Under the pieces are notes generated by a model. That model did not search any database and was not told the origin of the DNA. It saw only the letters and a list, made by a program, of their open reading frames with translations. Both the position numbers and the translations under genes were made by a program. From Euglena gracilis (lineage: Eukaryota), in assembly GCA_039621445.1 (NCBI GenBank), contig CP154954.1:6521425-6585424 (forward strand): a DNA stretch of 64,000 nucleotides, written 5' to 3'. Shown piece after piece: positions 37,021 to 49,964 of this stretch. The first letter of the stretch is position 1. Each line of letters starts with the position of its first letter.

Positions 37021-38793
37021 TTGGTCAGTAAGGCGTAACGCTGGGCTCCTCGTTACGTCTGCTCGTTGTCTGTTATGCCGTTCCGTGTCCCGACGACCAT
37101 TGTTCCAAATTCGCGCCAACTGTCTCTCAGCTGTTACAGCTCACGGTTGTCCGGTGACCATCTTTCCACTGCCCTGCTGCATTGCATTAGATGTAGAACA
37201 CCTCGCATTTCTGGAACGCCTTTTATTTTTCAGTCCACGAGACACAGGAGATCAGGCAATAGACTTTGGTCATTTTGACCCCCCCCCTATGGTGAAGTTC
37301 ACCGTTTGAAAGTTCACCGGGGGGTCCCGGACCCCCTCCCCCCCCCTCTGCCTAACCCATCGGTGAACTTCACCGGTGAATTTCACCAAGAGAGTACTTT
37401 TTTGGCCAAAAATGGCCAAAAATGGCATTTTGGGCAAGTTTTCGGAAATTTCGATAAAATTCCATGAAGCATCAACCTCAAAATGACCATTTTGAGAGGA
37501 AAGAAGCAAAATTTCACCCATGAAAATTTCACCCCCAACCATCAAAACGGTGAAGTTCACCGGTGAACTTCAGTGGTGAACTTCACCGCCGAAAGTACCC
37601 CCCCCCCTCCCCCCCGGTGAATGTTCACCGGTGAACTTCACCGGGGGGTCCACAGCCCCCCCCCCCCACCCCTGCCTAACCTCCACAGTGTGTGTCCCAG
37701 TCCACGGGGACACACACTGTGTCTCGTGGACTCAGTCCACGAGACACAGTGTGTGTCTTGGGCCTCAGTCCACGGATATAAATCAACAGACACTAACGAT
37801 TTCAGCAGGGGCGCCGGGCCATGCGAGCGAAGCGAGCGGCCCGGCGCCCCTGCTGAAATCGTTAGTGTCTGTTGATTTACTAAAACCTATTTTGTCTGGG
37901 CCCGCACGCCTGTCTTGAAAATTCATTCGACCGATGCACCTGGCTTGAGTTTTGGCCGGTTTTGTCATTTTTTTTCAAGAAAACGTACGCCGTCTTGGAA
38001 ATCGTTTTACACTAACACATCCCTGTCTTGGAAATCGTTTTACACTAACGGTCGCCTGCCTTGGAAATCGTTTTACACTAACAAACGCCTGTCTTGGAAA
38101 TCGTTTGCTCTTTGATGATGGTGATATGTCCTTCTTGTCCTCCGTTTTTGTTCTTAATAATGGCTAAACGGGCGAACCTTGTGGCGCTGGCCGGACTGAA
38201 ACCTCCGCCCCCCCCCCCCCCGAGGAATTTGTTGCTGCGATCCGCAAAATTTCTGAGGGCGGTAAGCAGGAGGCAGATGACCCGGTGAACGGCCCCTTGT
38301 TTGCTAAGAAAGAAACCAAGAGACTTTCCGGAGCGCAAGGCGTCCAACGATCCGGCATCCTACATTTTCTGACTTTTGTCGATTTTTGTGCGGATAACGG
38401 GTTAAAGTATGACTCGTTGGACGAATATTTGCGAGGTTGGGCTCGTCGCACCATTTTTCCGGTGTATTTGTTTGACGATGAGGCTGACGTGGAAAGTTGC
38501 AAACAACAGCGGGCCACACAGAACTTCCCACTAAAAGAACTTTCTGCAGACTCCTGGCGAAGTTATGTGAACGGCATGATGAGGGCGTACAATGCAACGG
38601 CCCCAAAAATTGCCTTGGCTGCCTTCGTGGATCGTCAATTTCCGTTGCTGAATGAATTTGCTGCCCCGGTGCTCAAACGTGAAAGAGGGGTGCGTGCCAT
38701 GGAAGCAGCTCAACGAACGACACCAGGGATTTTGACAGAGGAGGAACTTCTGTACCTCCGAACGCGTTTTGACGCAAACAACGTTCTGCAGAT

Positions 38794-40465
38794 CAGACCT
38801 CTCCTTAGAGTGTATCCTAGGTGCACAGGGAGACACAAAAATTTTTTTTGGCGATACACAGGGATACACAAATTTTTTTTTGGCGATACACAAGGATACA
38901 CAAAATTTTTTTGGTGATACACATGGATACACAAAAATTTTTTTGCCGATACTCAAAAAAAAATTGGCGATACACAAAGAATACATGAATACACAAAAAA
39001 TAATACAAAAAAGGACGGGTTGATCGCAAGAACACTTTCAAATTATGCTTTCAAATTATTCAACCAAGCATCAGCCGCCGCGTGTTTCCAAAAGATGTAC
39101 CTGGTTTTTTGGACTCTTTTGAACTTCAACAAGCGTTTGCGCCCAACAAGCACCTGACCTTGGTTGATGTGATACCCCAAATCACGGGCAACCTTGCGCA
39201 GTGCGGCCCAGCGCTTCATGGACACGCTGAACAGGCGGGCTGTCTTGGTGAGCAACGAGTTCAAGCGCTTCGCCGTGGCTCGCACCTGTTGGGCCTCCTG
39301 ATCCTCCCGGTCCGCTTTTGGAACAGCTGTGACATCAAAATCAACAAGCTGTGTTCTGTGGGAAGCACAATACCACTGGATTGCATTCGGCGCTTCTTGC
39401 TGAATATCCTTGTGCACAACACACAAGGCAACCAAATTGGCATCCAACCAGGCGGTGACATTAACTCCAGCAAAAACTTTGGCCACGGCAGCTTTAACAG
39501 ATTGTGCATCTCGCCCTTCACCAAATATTACCTCGACACCAACAACAAACTGGGTAAATGTCTTTTCGCTGAAAATCCGGGCTGTCACGGAGACCCATTG
39601 ACGGCTGGCCTCCGTCACCCCATCGATCATCACTGCCCGCGCCGTTGCCAGCGCCCACAGCTTGCGTCTGTGCTCCCTGGATGCGTCAGCAAGATGCTTC
39701 AGGACCACTGGGGTGTAGCGAGAAGCGTAGCGCAGATCATAATCCACCCCATTGGCCAGCTGCAACTCCAACAAAGGTCGGAGTTTGGTGTAGCTCAAAC
39801 CATTCCTTGCCATGAACAGAACTGTCCGAAATAACACCTTTGCCTTTGGAATCACTGATGCTGGTAAGGAAATCATGGCCTGGGATAAAGATGTGTTCAT
39901 TGAATTCACCATTCCAACAGCAGCAACGTGATACGATCCATCCTCGTGGTTCTTGACATTCCGATAAAAAAACAATTTGGTGGGCAGGATGATGGCGTTC
40001 TTCCCCCCCCCCCGCCACAAACTTTGGGATGTTGTCTGAATGCATGACACACAGAGCACCACATTCCCACAGCTGGATCATGCTAGAGCCACGGACGACC
40101 ATTTTGCCAATTACTTTGGAATATTTTTGCTTTCATTGGCCTGTCACGGCCAGGCAATTTCAATTTCTTTCTGGGTGGGACATTGGAATCTCCAGGGGGC
40201 GATTGAGGGCTCTCCATGTCCTCCTCCGATTCCGCCTGGTTGTTGTCCTCGCTCCGCACCGGCGCAGAAAAAAAAAGCAAGAGACATTTGCTTCATTGCT
40301 GTGAGGAGAGACTGAGATACACGGGGATACACAAAATTTTTTTTGGCGATACACAGGAATACACAAAATTTTTTTTGACGATACACAGGGATACACAATT
40401 TTTTTTTGGCGATACACAGGATACACAAAAAAAATTTTCGGCGATACACACTAAGGAGAGGTCTG
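38794..40465 (-). mobile_element. hAT DNA transposon (internally deleted)
   Basis: TIR CAGACCTCTCCTTAG...CTAAGGAGAGGTCTG, perfect 8-bp TSD ctgcagat, GGCGATACACA subterminal repeats at both ends. Confidence 0.92.
39043..40062 (-). CDS. hAT-family transposase fragment (ZNF862/DUF4371-like)
   Basis: LFRTVLFMARNGLSYTKLRPLLELQLANG, VMIDGVTEAS (first catalytic D) and WYCASHRTQL (CxxH). C-terminal dimerisation domain is absent. Confidence 0.8.
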   Translation of the reverse strand: MVLCVSCIQTTSQSLWRGGGKNAIILPTKLFFYRNVKNHEDGSYHVAAVGMVNSMNTSLSQAMISLPASVIPKAKVLFRTVLFMARNGLSYTKLRPLLELQLANGVDYDLRYASRYTPVVLKHLADASREHRRKLWALATARAVMIDGVTEASRQWVSVTARIFSEKTFTQFVVGVEVIFGEGRDAQSVKAAVAKVFAGVNVTAWLDANLVALCVVHKDIQQEAPNAIQWYCASHRTQLVDFDVTAVPKADREDQEAQQVRATAKRLNSLLTKTARLFSVSMKRWAALRKVARDLGYHINQGQVLVGRKRLLKFKRVQKTRYIFWKHAAADAWLNNLKA

Positions 40466-41339
40466 CTGCAGATGCAGCGGTGGAATTTGCTGATTTTTGG
40501 ATTCAGGACGGGTTTGCGTGCCGAGGTTTTGAGTCGGCTGACCACAAAATCCCTGTTGTCGGCTGGGCGTGTGACGGTTGCCACAAGGCAATGGAGCAAT
40601 AGGCTCCCATTCGTTGTTCCCACGTTTTCAGCTGCCTGTGCAGCTCGCACAATATGTGCATCGGTTGGCCGCCTTGTGTCCCCGTTGCGGGGTCACCCCT
40701 TTCGTTTCCACGTCCACCGCACCGCATCAACATCAACAGCACCACCGCCTCAGCTGTGTCTTGTTAACTCCTCACATCTTGCTTTTTTAGAACCTTTTTT
40801 GTCTGTCTTGGAAATCGTTTTACACTAACGATCGCCTGTCTCTGGAAATCGTTTTACACTAACGGTCGCCTGTCTTGGAAATCGTTTTACACTAACAAAC
40901 GCCTGTCTTGGAAATCGTTTTACACTAACGGATTCAGCCTGAAATCTGCTACTGTCTGTAGAAATTCAAGACAGGCGTCGGGCCCAGGAAATAGGTTTTA
41001 AGACTGGGGGGAGGGGGTTGGCACCCCCCACACACCCCTGGGTGGGGCCCCCAGGGGAAGGGGGGGGTCCCACCCACTTTTGCCCGAAAATGGCCAAAAA
41101 ATGCTAAAAATAGCACCTTTTCAAAATTTTCAGCGCCTTCGGTGCCGAAAAAGATAAACCCACCAGCACCCCCCCCCCCCGGGGGCCAAGGGACCCACCC
41201 ACCCTCCCCCCCCGGGGGGGGAGGGGTCCAAGACTGAAAAAAAAAAAACCCTGGTCATGTTCATCGTGGGTGGAGGTGCACTTTTGCCCATTTGAAGTCA
41301 TTTTTCGTCAATTTTTGTCAATGTTGCCGGTTTTGGATT

Positions 41340-43010
41340 TACTTTGACCAATTCTGACCATTTGGCCGATCATTGTGAAGGATTTTCATCTGAAACTGTG
41401 TATTGGGGCTCTGGCTTCACGCCCGAACCGCCGTTCAGGACGCCGGTTCGGCACAGAATTTTCTGCGCCGAACCGGCGTCCAGAACGCCGGTTCGGGTGG
41501 GAAGACGGCATCCAGGGGACCCAAAATAAAAAGTGCCAAAAAGTGTCCAAAAGGGCTTGTAGGCATGTGGCAATCATATCTGAGCGGTTTTGGGGGGTAT
41601 TTGGCAGAAATTGGGGTATTTTGTGCAACAATTTCCATTTGGCCAAATTTGGGGGATGTCTGAAATGGAATACCATGCAGCACCGCTGAAATCTAAGGCC
41701 ATCTGCTGAAAGCCCTTGAGAAGGGCTATCGATCAAGGGGCAACATGGCAGGTGAACAGTGGATTTTAGAATTTGCGAAGAGGGTCGGAACATGCGATCA
41801 GCGATTTTCAGGGCGCTGTGCAGTGTGGCTGAGTTCTGAGGGCAAGGTTCCCGTTTTTTTGTTTTAAAACAAAGCAAAAAAACTTTCATGAATAAAAAAC
41901 GGTTTAAAAACGGTTTTTTGTTTTTAAAAAGGGTGTTTTTTTTAAATAAAACACCACAAATAGGAAAAACCCCTGTTTTAAACAACGTGTTTAAAACAGC
42001 CCGGGAACCTTGTCTGAGGGTACCAAATGAAAGCTCATGGGGAGAGGTTTCAATTGATATGCTGTATGGCACCTGAGGTGTGGGATTTCACAAATTAGGA
42101 TGTCAAATTTTGAAACACACAATCGCTGAAAACAAGCGCTGTGTGCATTATTGCTGAATCCTGTGGCCATCTGTCAAAAGCCCTTGAGAAGAGCTTTCGA
42201 TTGATGGGTAACATGGCATCAGACGCGCGAAAACTTCAATCGGTCGATTGACATGAGCCCAAAGGAGCCCCAAAAAATGCTCAAAAATGTTCAGAAACTG
42301 GGTCTTTAGGGCGAAATTGGCCGTGATTCCTTGAGCGCCGGTTCGGGCGTGAAGCCAGAGCCCCTAATCCACGGTTTCAACAACTGTGTTCAGAAACGCC
42401 GGTTCGGGCGCGAAGCCGTGTTCCAGAACGCCGGTTCGGGCTGCCCGAACCGGCGTTCATGGAATCACGGCCAATTTCGCCCTAAAGACCCAGTTTCTGA
42501 ACATTTTTGAGCATTTTTTGGGCTCCTTTGGGCTCATGGCCATGTCAATCGACCGATTGAAGTTTTCGCGCGTCTGATGCCATGTTACCCATCAATCGAA
42601 AGCTCTTCTCAAGGGCTTTTGACAGACGGCCACAGGATTCAGCCATTGTGCACACAGCGCTTGTGTTCAGCGATCGTGTATTCCAAATTTTGACATCTTA
42701 ATTTGTGAAATCCCGCACCTCAGGTGCCATACAGCATGTCAATCGAAAACTCTCCCTGAGACCTTACAGCGCCCTGAAAATCGCTGATTGCATGTTCTGA
42801 CCCTTTTTGCAAATTCCAAAATCCACTGTTCACCTGCCATGTTGCCCCTTGATCGATAGCCCTTCTCAAGGGCTTTCAGCAGATGGCCTTAGATTTCAGC
42901 CGTGCTGCATGGCTTTTTTGGCACTTTTTATTTTGGGTCCCCTGGACGCCAGCTTCCCGCCCGAACCGGCGTTCTGGACGCCGGTTCGGGCGTGAAGCCA
43001 GAGTCCCAAT
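41340..43010. repeat. Foldback-like element with long internal inverted repeats and CCGGTTCGGG arrays
   Basis: 42060-42350 is inverted to ~42455-42750; 41670-41815 is inverted to ~42770-42910. Confidence 0.75.
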
Positions 43011-43011
43011 A

Positions 43012-43365
43012 CACGTGTTCAGAGCCCGCCAAATCCTGCCCTGAAATTTGTGGTCATGACTCACGCATTTGGAGAAATCCACGAAAAATGTCAAAGCTTG
43101 CCAAAAAAAAATGGCACCTGCCCTGAAATCTGTGGTGTCAGAAACGGATGCCTGTCCTGAAATCTGTGGTCACCCCTTTGACCTTCATTCCACAGTTCCC
43201 CATGACGAAACGCGCGGTGAACCTCGTGATAGCTTGTTACTCCCCCCCCTGAAACAGAACTGTTCCTTGGTGTGTTGGCAGTGTACCAACAAACTGCCAA
43301 AAAACCGAAGCTTGACCCCCTTCATGGCAGCTTGTTGGTGCAAGGCAACAAGAAGAAAAAATCTG
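43012..43365 (+). mobile_element. 5' fragment of YR-PHD element family
   Basis: gtgttcagagcccgccaaatcctgccctgaaatttgtggtcatga and the following coding-like DNA match the reverse complement of ~33430-33930. Confidence 0.6.
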
Positions 43366-45574
43366 GTTCCAAGGGTAAAACCCCCCAAATATAAGACACC
43401 GGTGTCTTATATTTGGGGGGGTGTCTTATATTTGGGTTTCAGGTGGATGACTGAGGGTAAGGTTTGGACGAATAATCGACTAGTCGATTGTTCGTTCGGG
43501 ACCCCCGAACAGGATCAATCGTTCATGCCCAAAACGAATAGTCGTGAACAGATTGGCTTATCACAAACTTGGGAGATCAGGCGGTGACTTTGGGTTTTTC
43601 GAGCGGGACCCCCCCACCCCCCCCCCTCTTCATTGGAAATACATGGCGGTGAACTTCACCGGTGAACTTCACCGGTGAAGTTTCTCCATTGAAATTCCTT
43701 TAGGGGCGAAGCCCCCAACTCCCCCCCCCCCCACCCCTGCCTAACCTCCTTGGAGTCATGTACAACATTCAACGGGTATTTCTGGTGAATAAGGGAGACA
43801 ACCATCATGCAGAAAAAGGTTACCACGGAGTAGATCCAAAACTAACGAAGTGTGGCGGTTGCCACTGGCGATCGCAGCCAAATGCGAGATTGATTTTCTC
43901 AGTAAGGCTTGCTAGATCAATAAAGGCTTAAGGAAAATGGCCACTTTGAGGGGGGTAAACTGAAATTTGGCAAAAAAATTGGCCACTTTGGGAGCGGGGA
44001 CACTTTGGAGGGGGGGGGGTTGAGGGTACCCTCACCTCCCCCCCCCCTGTTTGCCCCCCCCCCTAATTGGCTAATTGGCCTCTGGGACAAGACCGGCCAA
44101 TTTTGGCCAGGCCGCAAAAAAGGGCTCAGAGAACCTCCAAAAATGTCAGTTTCGAAAATTTTAAAATTCGCTGGATAAGAAAAAGTCATGACCAATCCAA
44201 CTATGCGCAAAAAATCGACAAATTTTGCACAGGGAAAAAACAGGGGTCGAGCCCCCCTCCCCCCTAATTGTCACCCCCCCCCTAATTGGCTAATTGGGGG
44301 TCTGAAGGAGCCCGGCCATTAGCCAAATAGGGGGGGGGGGGTGAGGGTAGGTGTCTGGTGGGTGTTCCACAGGGTTTGGCCAAGGGTTTGTATGCTTCTG
44401 AAATGGAAAGCCATGGAGGTCGTTTCTACCGACCACATGGTGGGCCCGACCTCCAATGTGGCCGGTAACAAACACGTCGGGCCGACCAGGGTCGGCCCGA
44501 CCTATAGTCAAAAGTCCTTTGAAAGGGGGGGGGGGCTCATGCGGTTCATGGCTATTCTTATCAACCCCCAGAGGTCGACCCGACCATGGTTGGCCCGACC
44601 TTTGGGATCGTCATAGCCAATCATCCGCCCGGGGCCGGGTGTGCAGCCAAGGGACAGAGGCGTTCCGTCCCATGGGGGAGCAAAAGTTGAGTGTGGTTGT
44701 CTGTTGAAGAGGAGCTGCCAAACGGCGGAGGTTCGGCACGTCTGACGAGGACCCTCGGCCACCAGGGGGGGGGGGCCATTTTGCCGTGCCAAGGGGGTCA
44801 GTCCCCAGGGGGGGGGGGTCCACCGTGGCGGAGAGCCGGAATTTCCCAAAGGAAATTCATTGGTATGGTTCGGCATGCCGTGCCGAGGGGGTTGGCTGAC
44901 TAGGGGGGGGGGGGGGCTTCAACTAGCTGGCAAGGTGACAGCGTCTCATGGGCAGACTGAACACTTCCCAGAGCTGCTTCATTTTCCAAAGAAAGGTTGC
45001 TGCGGGGGCAAACCCAAGGGTGATTAATAGGGGGGGGACAAACCCGGGGGGCACGGTATCCCACCCCCCCCCTGGTGGGGGGGGGGCTCGGCGGGGACCC
45101 ACCCACCCTGCCCCTCCGGGGTCCAAGACTTAAAAAAACCCTGACCCATGTGTGTGTGTGCAGTGGCTTGTGAAAATTTCAAATCTCATAAAAAAAGGCA
45201 GACATTGTAACTGTTCAACCCCCCTCCCCAGATTGCTCCCCAGATGGGCATTTTGGGTTTTGTGACACCCAGGCTAGGCCATTCGCTTTTTGGAGAATCA
45301 CCACTTCTGGCCCCTTTTGTTTTCTTTGCAAAAAAAAATTGAAAATAGAAAACCACTGACCAGTGGCACTGCCAACCGGATTTGTAAGTGTCGGGGGGAG
45401 GCTATGTGCATGGTACATGGGGTAAGGCAGGGGACCGCAGGTGAAAAGCTATGTAAAAGGTGCAGCATGAGGGATAATTAGTTGGGGATGGCAACAACTG
45501 CAGATGCGTTTTTCCCTTGGCGCGTTTGGTGAGGTGAATACGTAGCATGCGAGCAGATCCTATTAGGATCTCCC

Positions 45575-46222
45575 ATACACTGTCACAAATACGAGTACTG
45601 TCTGGGGCTCAAATGGTGGCTTGGGCTGCCCATTATCGATGATGAAACACAGCAATGTCAAGGCTGCTCAGCACCGCTAGACAGGGAAGGGGACCACCTC
45701 ATCTGTTGCCCCCGGAATAACTTCACCTCCAGACACACAGCCGTTCAGGACGCAATTTTCACTCTTTTGTCCTCCACAGGCCAAGGTGTCCAAAAAGAAG
45801 TCACGATCCCAAATGCACCAGATGCCAACCTGCGCCCTGCTGATCTCCTGCTCTCATGTTGGCAGGATGGCAAACCCACAGCCTTGGACATCACAATTTG
45901 TCACGGCTGGCAAGTGCAAGAACAAAACACCTCTCGGGAACGGTGGAGGTCCTTTCTACGGCGCAAAGAGACAGCCAAACACTCCAAATACGATATCACC
46001 TGTCAAAACGCCGGTTGGTCCTTCACAGCCCTGGCAATGGGCACCTGGGGAGGCCTGGGCCCAGAGGCAGCCCGCCTCCTCGGTCGCATCATAAAAAGAG
46101 CCACGGCATGGCAAGAAGGAGAAATCAGGAACCTGAAACAGTCCGAATGTTACCAAGCCATTGCAGTAGCACTAACACGCCAAATCTGGCAACTACTCAG
46201 CGTAAAGCACACTGTGCGCTAA
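45575..46222 (+). mobile_element. 5'-truncated RLE-type non-LTR retrotransposon (CRE-like), C-terminal ORF
   Basis: WWLGLP..CQGC..DHLICC..RHTAV..RPADLL..ALDITI..KHSKY..GTWGGLG: zinc knuckle plus restriction-like endonuclease. Confidence 0.88.
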
Positions 46223-46779
46223 ACACCACAACGACCCAAAGCCCCAATCCAAAGTCATGACCAAACCTCCAAACACCCACGGACACCAAAACAAAAAGAA
46301 AAAAAGGAAAAAGACACGTTCCGGAGCAGACACACCACCTAGGGACCAGATGCACACATGCCAACCAGCGGCAAGAAGGGCGGAACCAGACACAAACACG
46401 CCATCCACTGGCAAAGGAGGCACAAACTTCTCCCCCCTCCCCGCGCCATATATATTGAAGGTGACCTTTGCTCATCTTCGGCTAACCACTAACCACTCAC
46501 CTCCGCACCCGGAACAAGTACATATCTTCACCCTTTGTACATTACACCCACAGTATAAGCTACCCGCGACCTGTGGCGGCACAGGGAGTCACAAGGGGGT
46601 TCCTCTTGTGGCGAGGGCCAAAAGAGACGTTTCCCTGGGCCCGAGGCACGGTTCGGGTGAAGCTGTGCTACCCACCGTGCAACTTGTATTGCAGAACTGT
46701 CACAAATTCTCTCTTCTGAAGTTCTGAATCCATCGATCCTTTTGGTGATCACCTTCTCACCTGCCTAAAAAAGAGCCTC

Positions 46780-47265
46780 ACCGAAAGACACAACTGCCTG
46801 CGACATGCCCTCGTGGATCTCTGCCAACGAGCAGGCATTTCCATTCGCAAGGAACAGAGTTGTGAAGCAGGCACGCGCGACGAATCCTCCTTCTCGGATG
46901 GGAGTAGACTACGGTGAGGGACTGTGCTTGAGCAAAGCTGAAGGGTGGCGATCGGTGGCTCTTTCTGCCAGACGCAGTTGGCGGGTTACTCCCCGCGCCA
47001 ATGTCACACATAGATTCTCTGTTAGCTCTTGGAACCGGCGTTGTTTGACAGAGCCGGCGAATGAGTTCGTAGCCATGTGGAGAATGTCTCGCAGAAGCTT
47101 GTTGCTGTCGGACCAGGGCAGCCCCACGGATCGACGTTTGTGGAGTTCAGCGTCTAGCACGGTCCGTAGAACGCGGGAGATTCAAGGGCGGCGAGAGGGG
47201 GCCAGTGGGTGTTCGATGGTGAGGTCTTCAACAAGGTGCTTTCCTTTTCCTCCTCGGCGTTGGCA
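46780..47265 (-). pseudogene. Degenerate RLE non-LTR 3' fragment
   Basis: VEDLTIEHPLAPS..AELHKRR..LCVTLARGVTRQL resembles an RLE C-terminus. Confidence 0.5.
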
Positions 47266-47800
47266 GGGGGGAGGGGGGGTCCCGAGGTCTGATTTTTTTG
47301 CATTTTTGGCACTTTTTGGTGTACTGCCTCAACACCGGGGGGGGGGGGGTCCTGGGGTCCCGATTGTACTGCCAACCCCCCCCCCCAAAATGGCCAAAAA
47401 CCAAAAACCAAAAACCCCCAAAAAATTAAGGCCTTTTTGGTCTAAAAGGCCATTTTTTGGTGTCAAAATTTTCATCTATCTCAGGGGGGTCGGCACTGGG
47501 GGGGGGGGGCTCCCGAAAATCCCAACTGTACAGGGGGGGGGGGCAGCATTAATGCTCTAATGGTCTCCCCGGAGCATTTTTGACAAAACCGATGCAACTA
47601 CCATGCCCCCCCCTTTACTCTCCCCCCCCTTACTGTTCCCATTGGGGGGACGGGAACAGTACAGTGCCAAATACGCAAGTGGACAAATTCAAAACGTTTT
47701 AGTCCCACTATTTGCACATCAATGCCCCCAAAAAGGCGGAAAAAAAATCGAAAACCTGGTGCACAAAATCTACCCAACCAAAGTGCGAAGCCCGAGAGGC

Positions 47801-48098
47801 CATGCACTCCGGGGACCTTGAGGGAACCAGGAGGAAATGACCACGAGGGCGAAGCACAAGGGCAGGGTGAGCCCGCCCGCCCGCCCGGGAGAAAAAAAAG
47901 CTTCGAGTTCAAAAAACCGCACCCGACACCGGGGGGGGGGAATGAGAACGACCGCCACCTCTGGCAACAAACGCACAGTAAGAGGCACCCCGCCAAAAAC
48001 GCACCATGAACAAATAGCCAGCACAAAAAAGCAGGATCTCACCCTGCCCTTGTGCTTCGCCCTCGTGGTCATTTACTCCTGGTTCCCCGGAGTGCATG
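47801..48098. repeat. Inverted-repeat element (~60-bp arms)
   Basis: catgcactccgggga..gaccacgagggcgaagcacaagggcagggtgag and its reverse complement at 48038-48098. Confidence 0.75.
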
Positions 48099-49964
48099 TG
48101 TCTCCGCAGCACCGCGGGCTTGCTAGAAGAAGGCCATGTATCCCCAGGCCCAGGGGCGGGGCAGGTGGTCAGGCGAACACCTGGACCAGATTCACTTACC
48201 AGCTGGCTCTGCACAGGCTTCACCTTCCATATAATTTTGAATTGATTGATTACCCTCCTCCTCCTCCTCTTCTTCTTTGAAATTGCTGTCTTTTTGCTTG
48301 CAAATTGCAATTTAAGAGCCAACTCTCATTCTCCTTTGAGGCAAGCTGCCCAGGGAGGAAGGGACACCGACGGAGGAGCACAAAGACATTGTTAGGCCAT
48401 GCCTTGCTCGCTGGCGGTTGTTTTGCTTGCTCTGGAGTGCTTGGTTAGTAGTCCCTGCTCAGTGCCGCCTCGCCTGAGTTTGCTGCATTGTATCCGACGA
48501 GGCGATCATGGCGCTGTCTTTTCCCCTGGAGGTACCCCCCCTGGCCCCCATCTTCTTCTGAACGAGGGCGTTTGAACAGAAATTTTCTTGTATGGGGGGG
48601 TTCGGGCTCACAACGTCTTTGTGGCCGCCCTCAGTGCCTCTTCCTCCCCGATCGGCTGACCTCGGAAGAGTATGAGACACCTCGGGCTCTGCACTTTGCC
48701 ATAGGGGGCGTTTGGCCGGACCAACCTAGCCGGCCGGCAGACCAACCTAGCCGGCTGGCAGACCAACCTAGCCGACCAACATACCGGCTGTCCAGCCGTC
48801 CGTCCAGATGAAAGCCACTGTCGCTAGCCGCCCGGCTATCCAGACCAATCAGTTCGTACGCCGCACGCAGTGATGGCCGGATAAGAAGTCAGTGTTTTCA
48901 CCGGAGGGTGACCACGTTCGTCCGGGCCGAAGGTCGCACAGGTGATGTTCGGACCGAAAATACGTCCGGACAAGGCGACCCGGCCCCAAAAAAACTTGCG
49001 GCCCTTGGTTCCCCTCCTTGAAAAAATATCGCCAATAAAACTGGCCCAAAACCTGGCCACTCATCGCTTCCAAAAATGGCCACCACAAACCCTCCAAAAC
49101 TGACCCATTTGCCATACTCAGAAACTGCACCTCCCCAATTTTTTTAGCTTTCGTGTGCAAAGTGGACTTGTTCCACAGCAAAAAAAACACTGTAAGAAAC
49201 AAAAAAAAACAAGTTTCAGAAGAAAACAAGCATCTCATGATAAAACGTTTCTGGTCAAAATCTGGCACCATCTGGCCCAAAACTGGCCACCACATCTGGC
49301 CCAAAACTGGCCAACACATGTGGTCCAAAAACTGGCCACCATCTGGCCCAAAAATCGCCGAAATCTTCGGAATCTTCAAAATCCCTTCACATTTGGCACA
49401 TTGGCACAAAAACAGACCATAGTTCCTCGGTTTCCTTTATTCTGCGGCTATTTTGTAAACAGAAACAAAAAGAAAAGGCAAGAAACCAAACACAGTTCAC
49501 AGAAACAGACCGACTTAAAGTCAGTTCTGCAGCAGTCAGCAGCATAAGGCCAAATAAGCCCCAGCACTAAGGCTAGAGGCATTGTCCACCAGGGAACGTA
49601 TACATACTCTTGCACCAGCATTGTCCACCAGGGAACATACCCTTGCAAATAGTCCTCCAGGTCCTGTACTTCGACTTACAAGTTGTACTTGAACTTGAAA
49701 CTTGACAAATTGTACTTGATAATCCCAGCTTGTAACTAGAACCTCGCCAGGGGTCTCAGCCATGACATCGAAAAAAAAACAAGCAGAAAAGATACAGTAA
49801 TTAGGAATAAGTTCACTATCGCGATTTTGAGACCAACCTAACCGTCCGTCCGCCCAGACCAAAATGCACCCTGTCCAGCCGTCCGTCCAGATGAAAGGAA
49901 TTTTCTCTAGCCGTCCGTCCGTCCGTCCGTCCGTCCGTCCGTCCGTCCTCACGCCTCCTATGAG

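Larger units (their letters stand above)
38160..40560 (+). pseudogene. Tyrosine recombinase (truncated), interrupted by hAT insertion
   Basis: ATG at 38160, frameshift in poly-C. Removing 38794-40473 gives ...GILTEEELLYLRTRFDANNVLQMQRWNLLIFGFRTGLRAEVLSRL, containing YR box I (TGxR). Confidence 0.75.
37779..41000 (+). mobile_element. Hairpin-ended tyrosine recombinase (Crypton-like) element
   Basis: Palindrome with 42-bp arms at 37779-37879; IR taaaacctatttt..gcctgtcttgaa at 37881 and inverted at ~40963-41000; ttggaaatcgttttacactaac iterons at 37994-38105 and 40805-40930 flanking a YR ORF. Confidence 0.8.
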
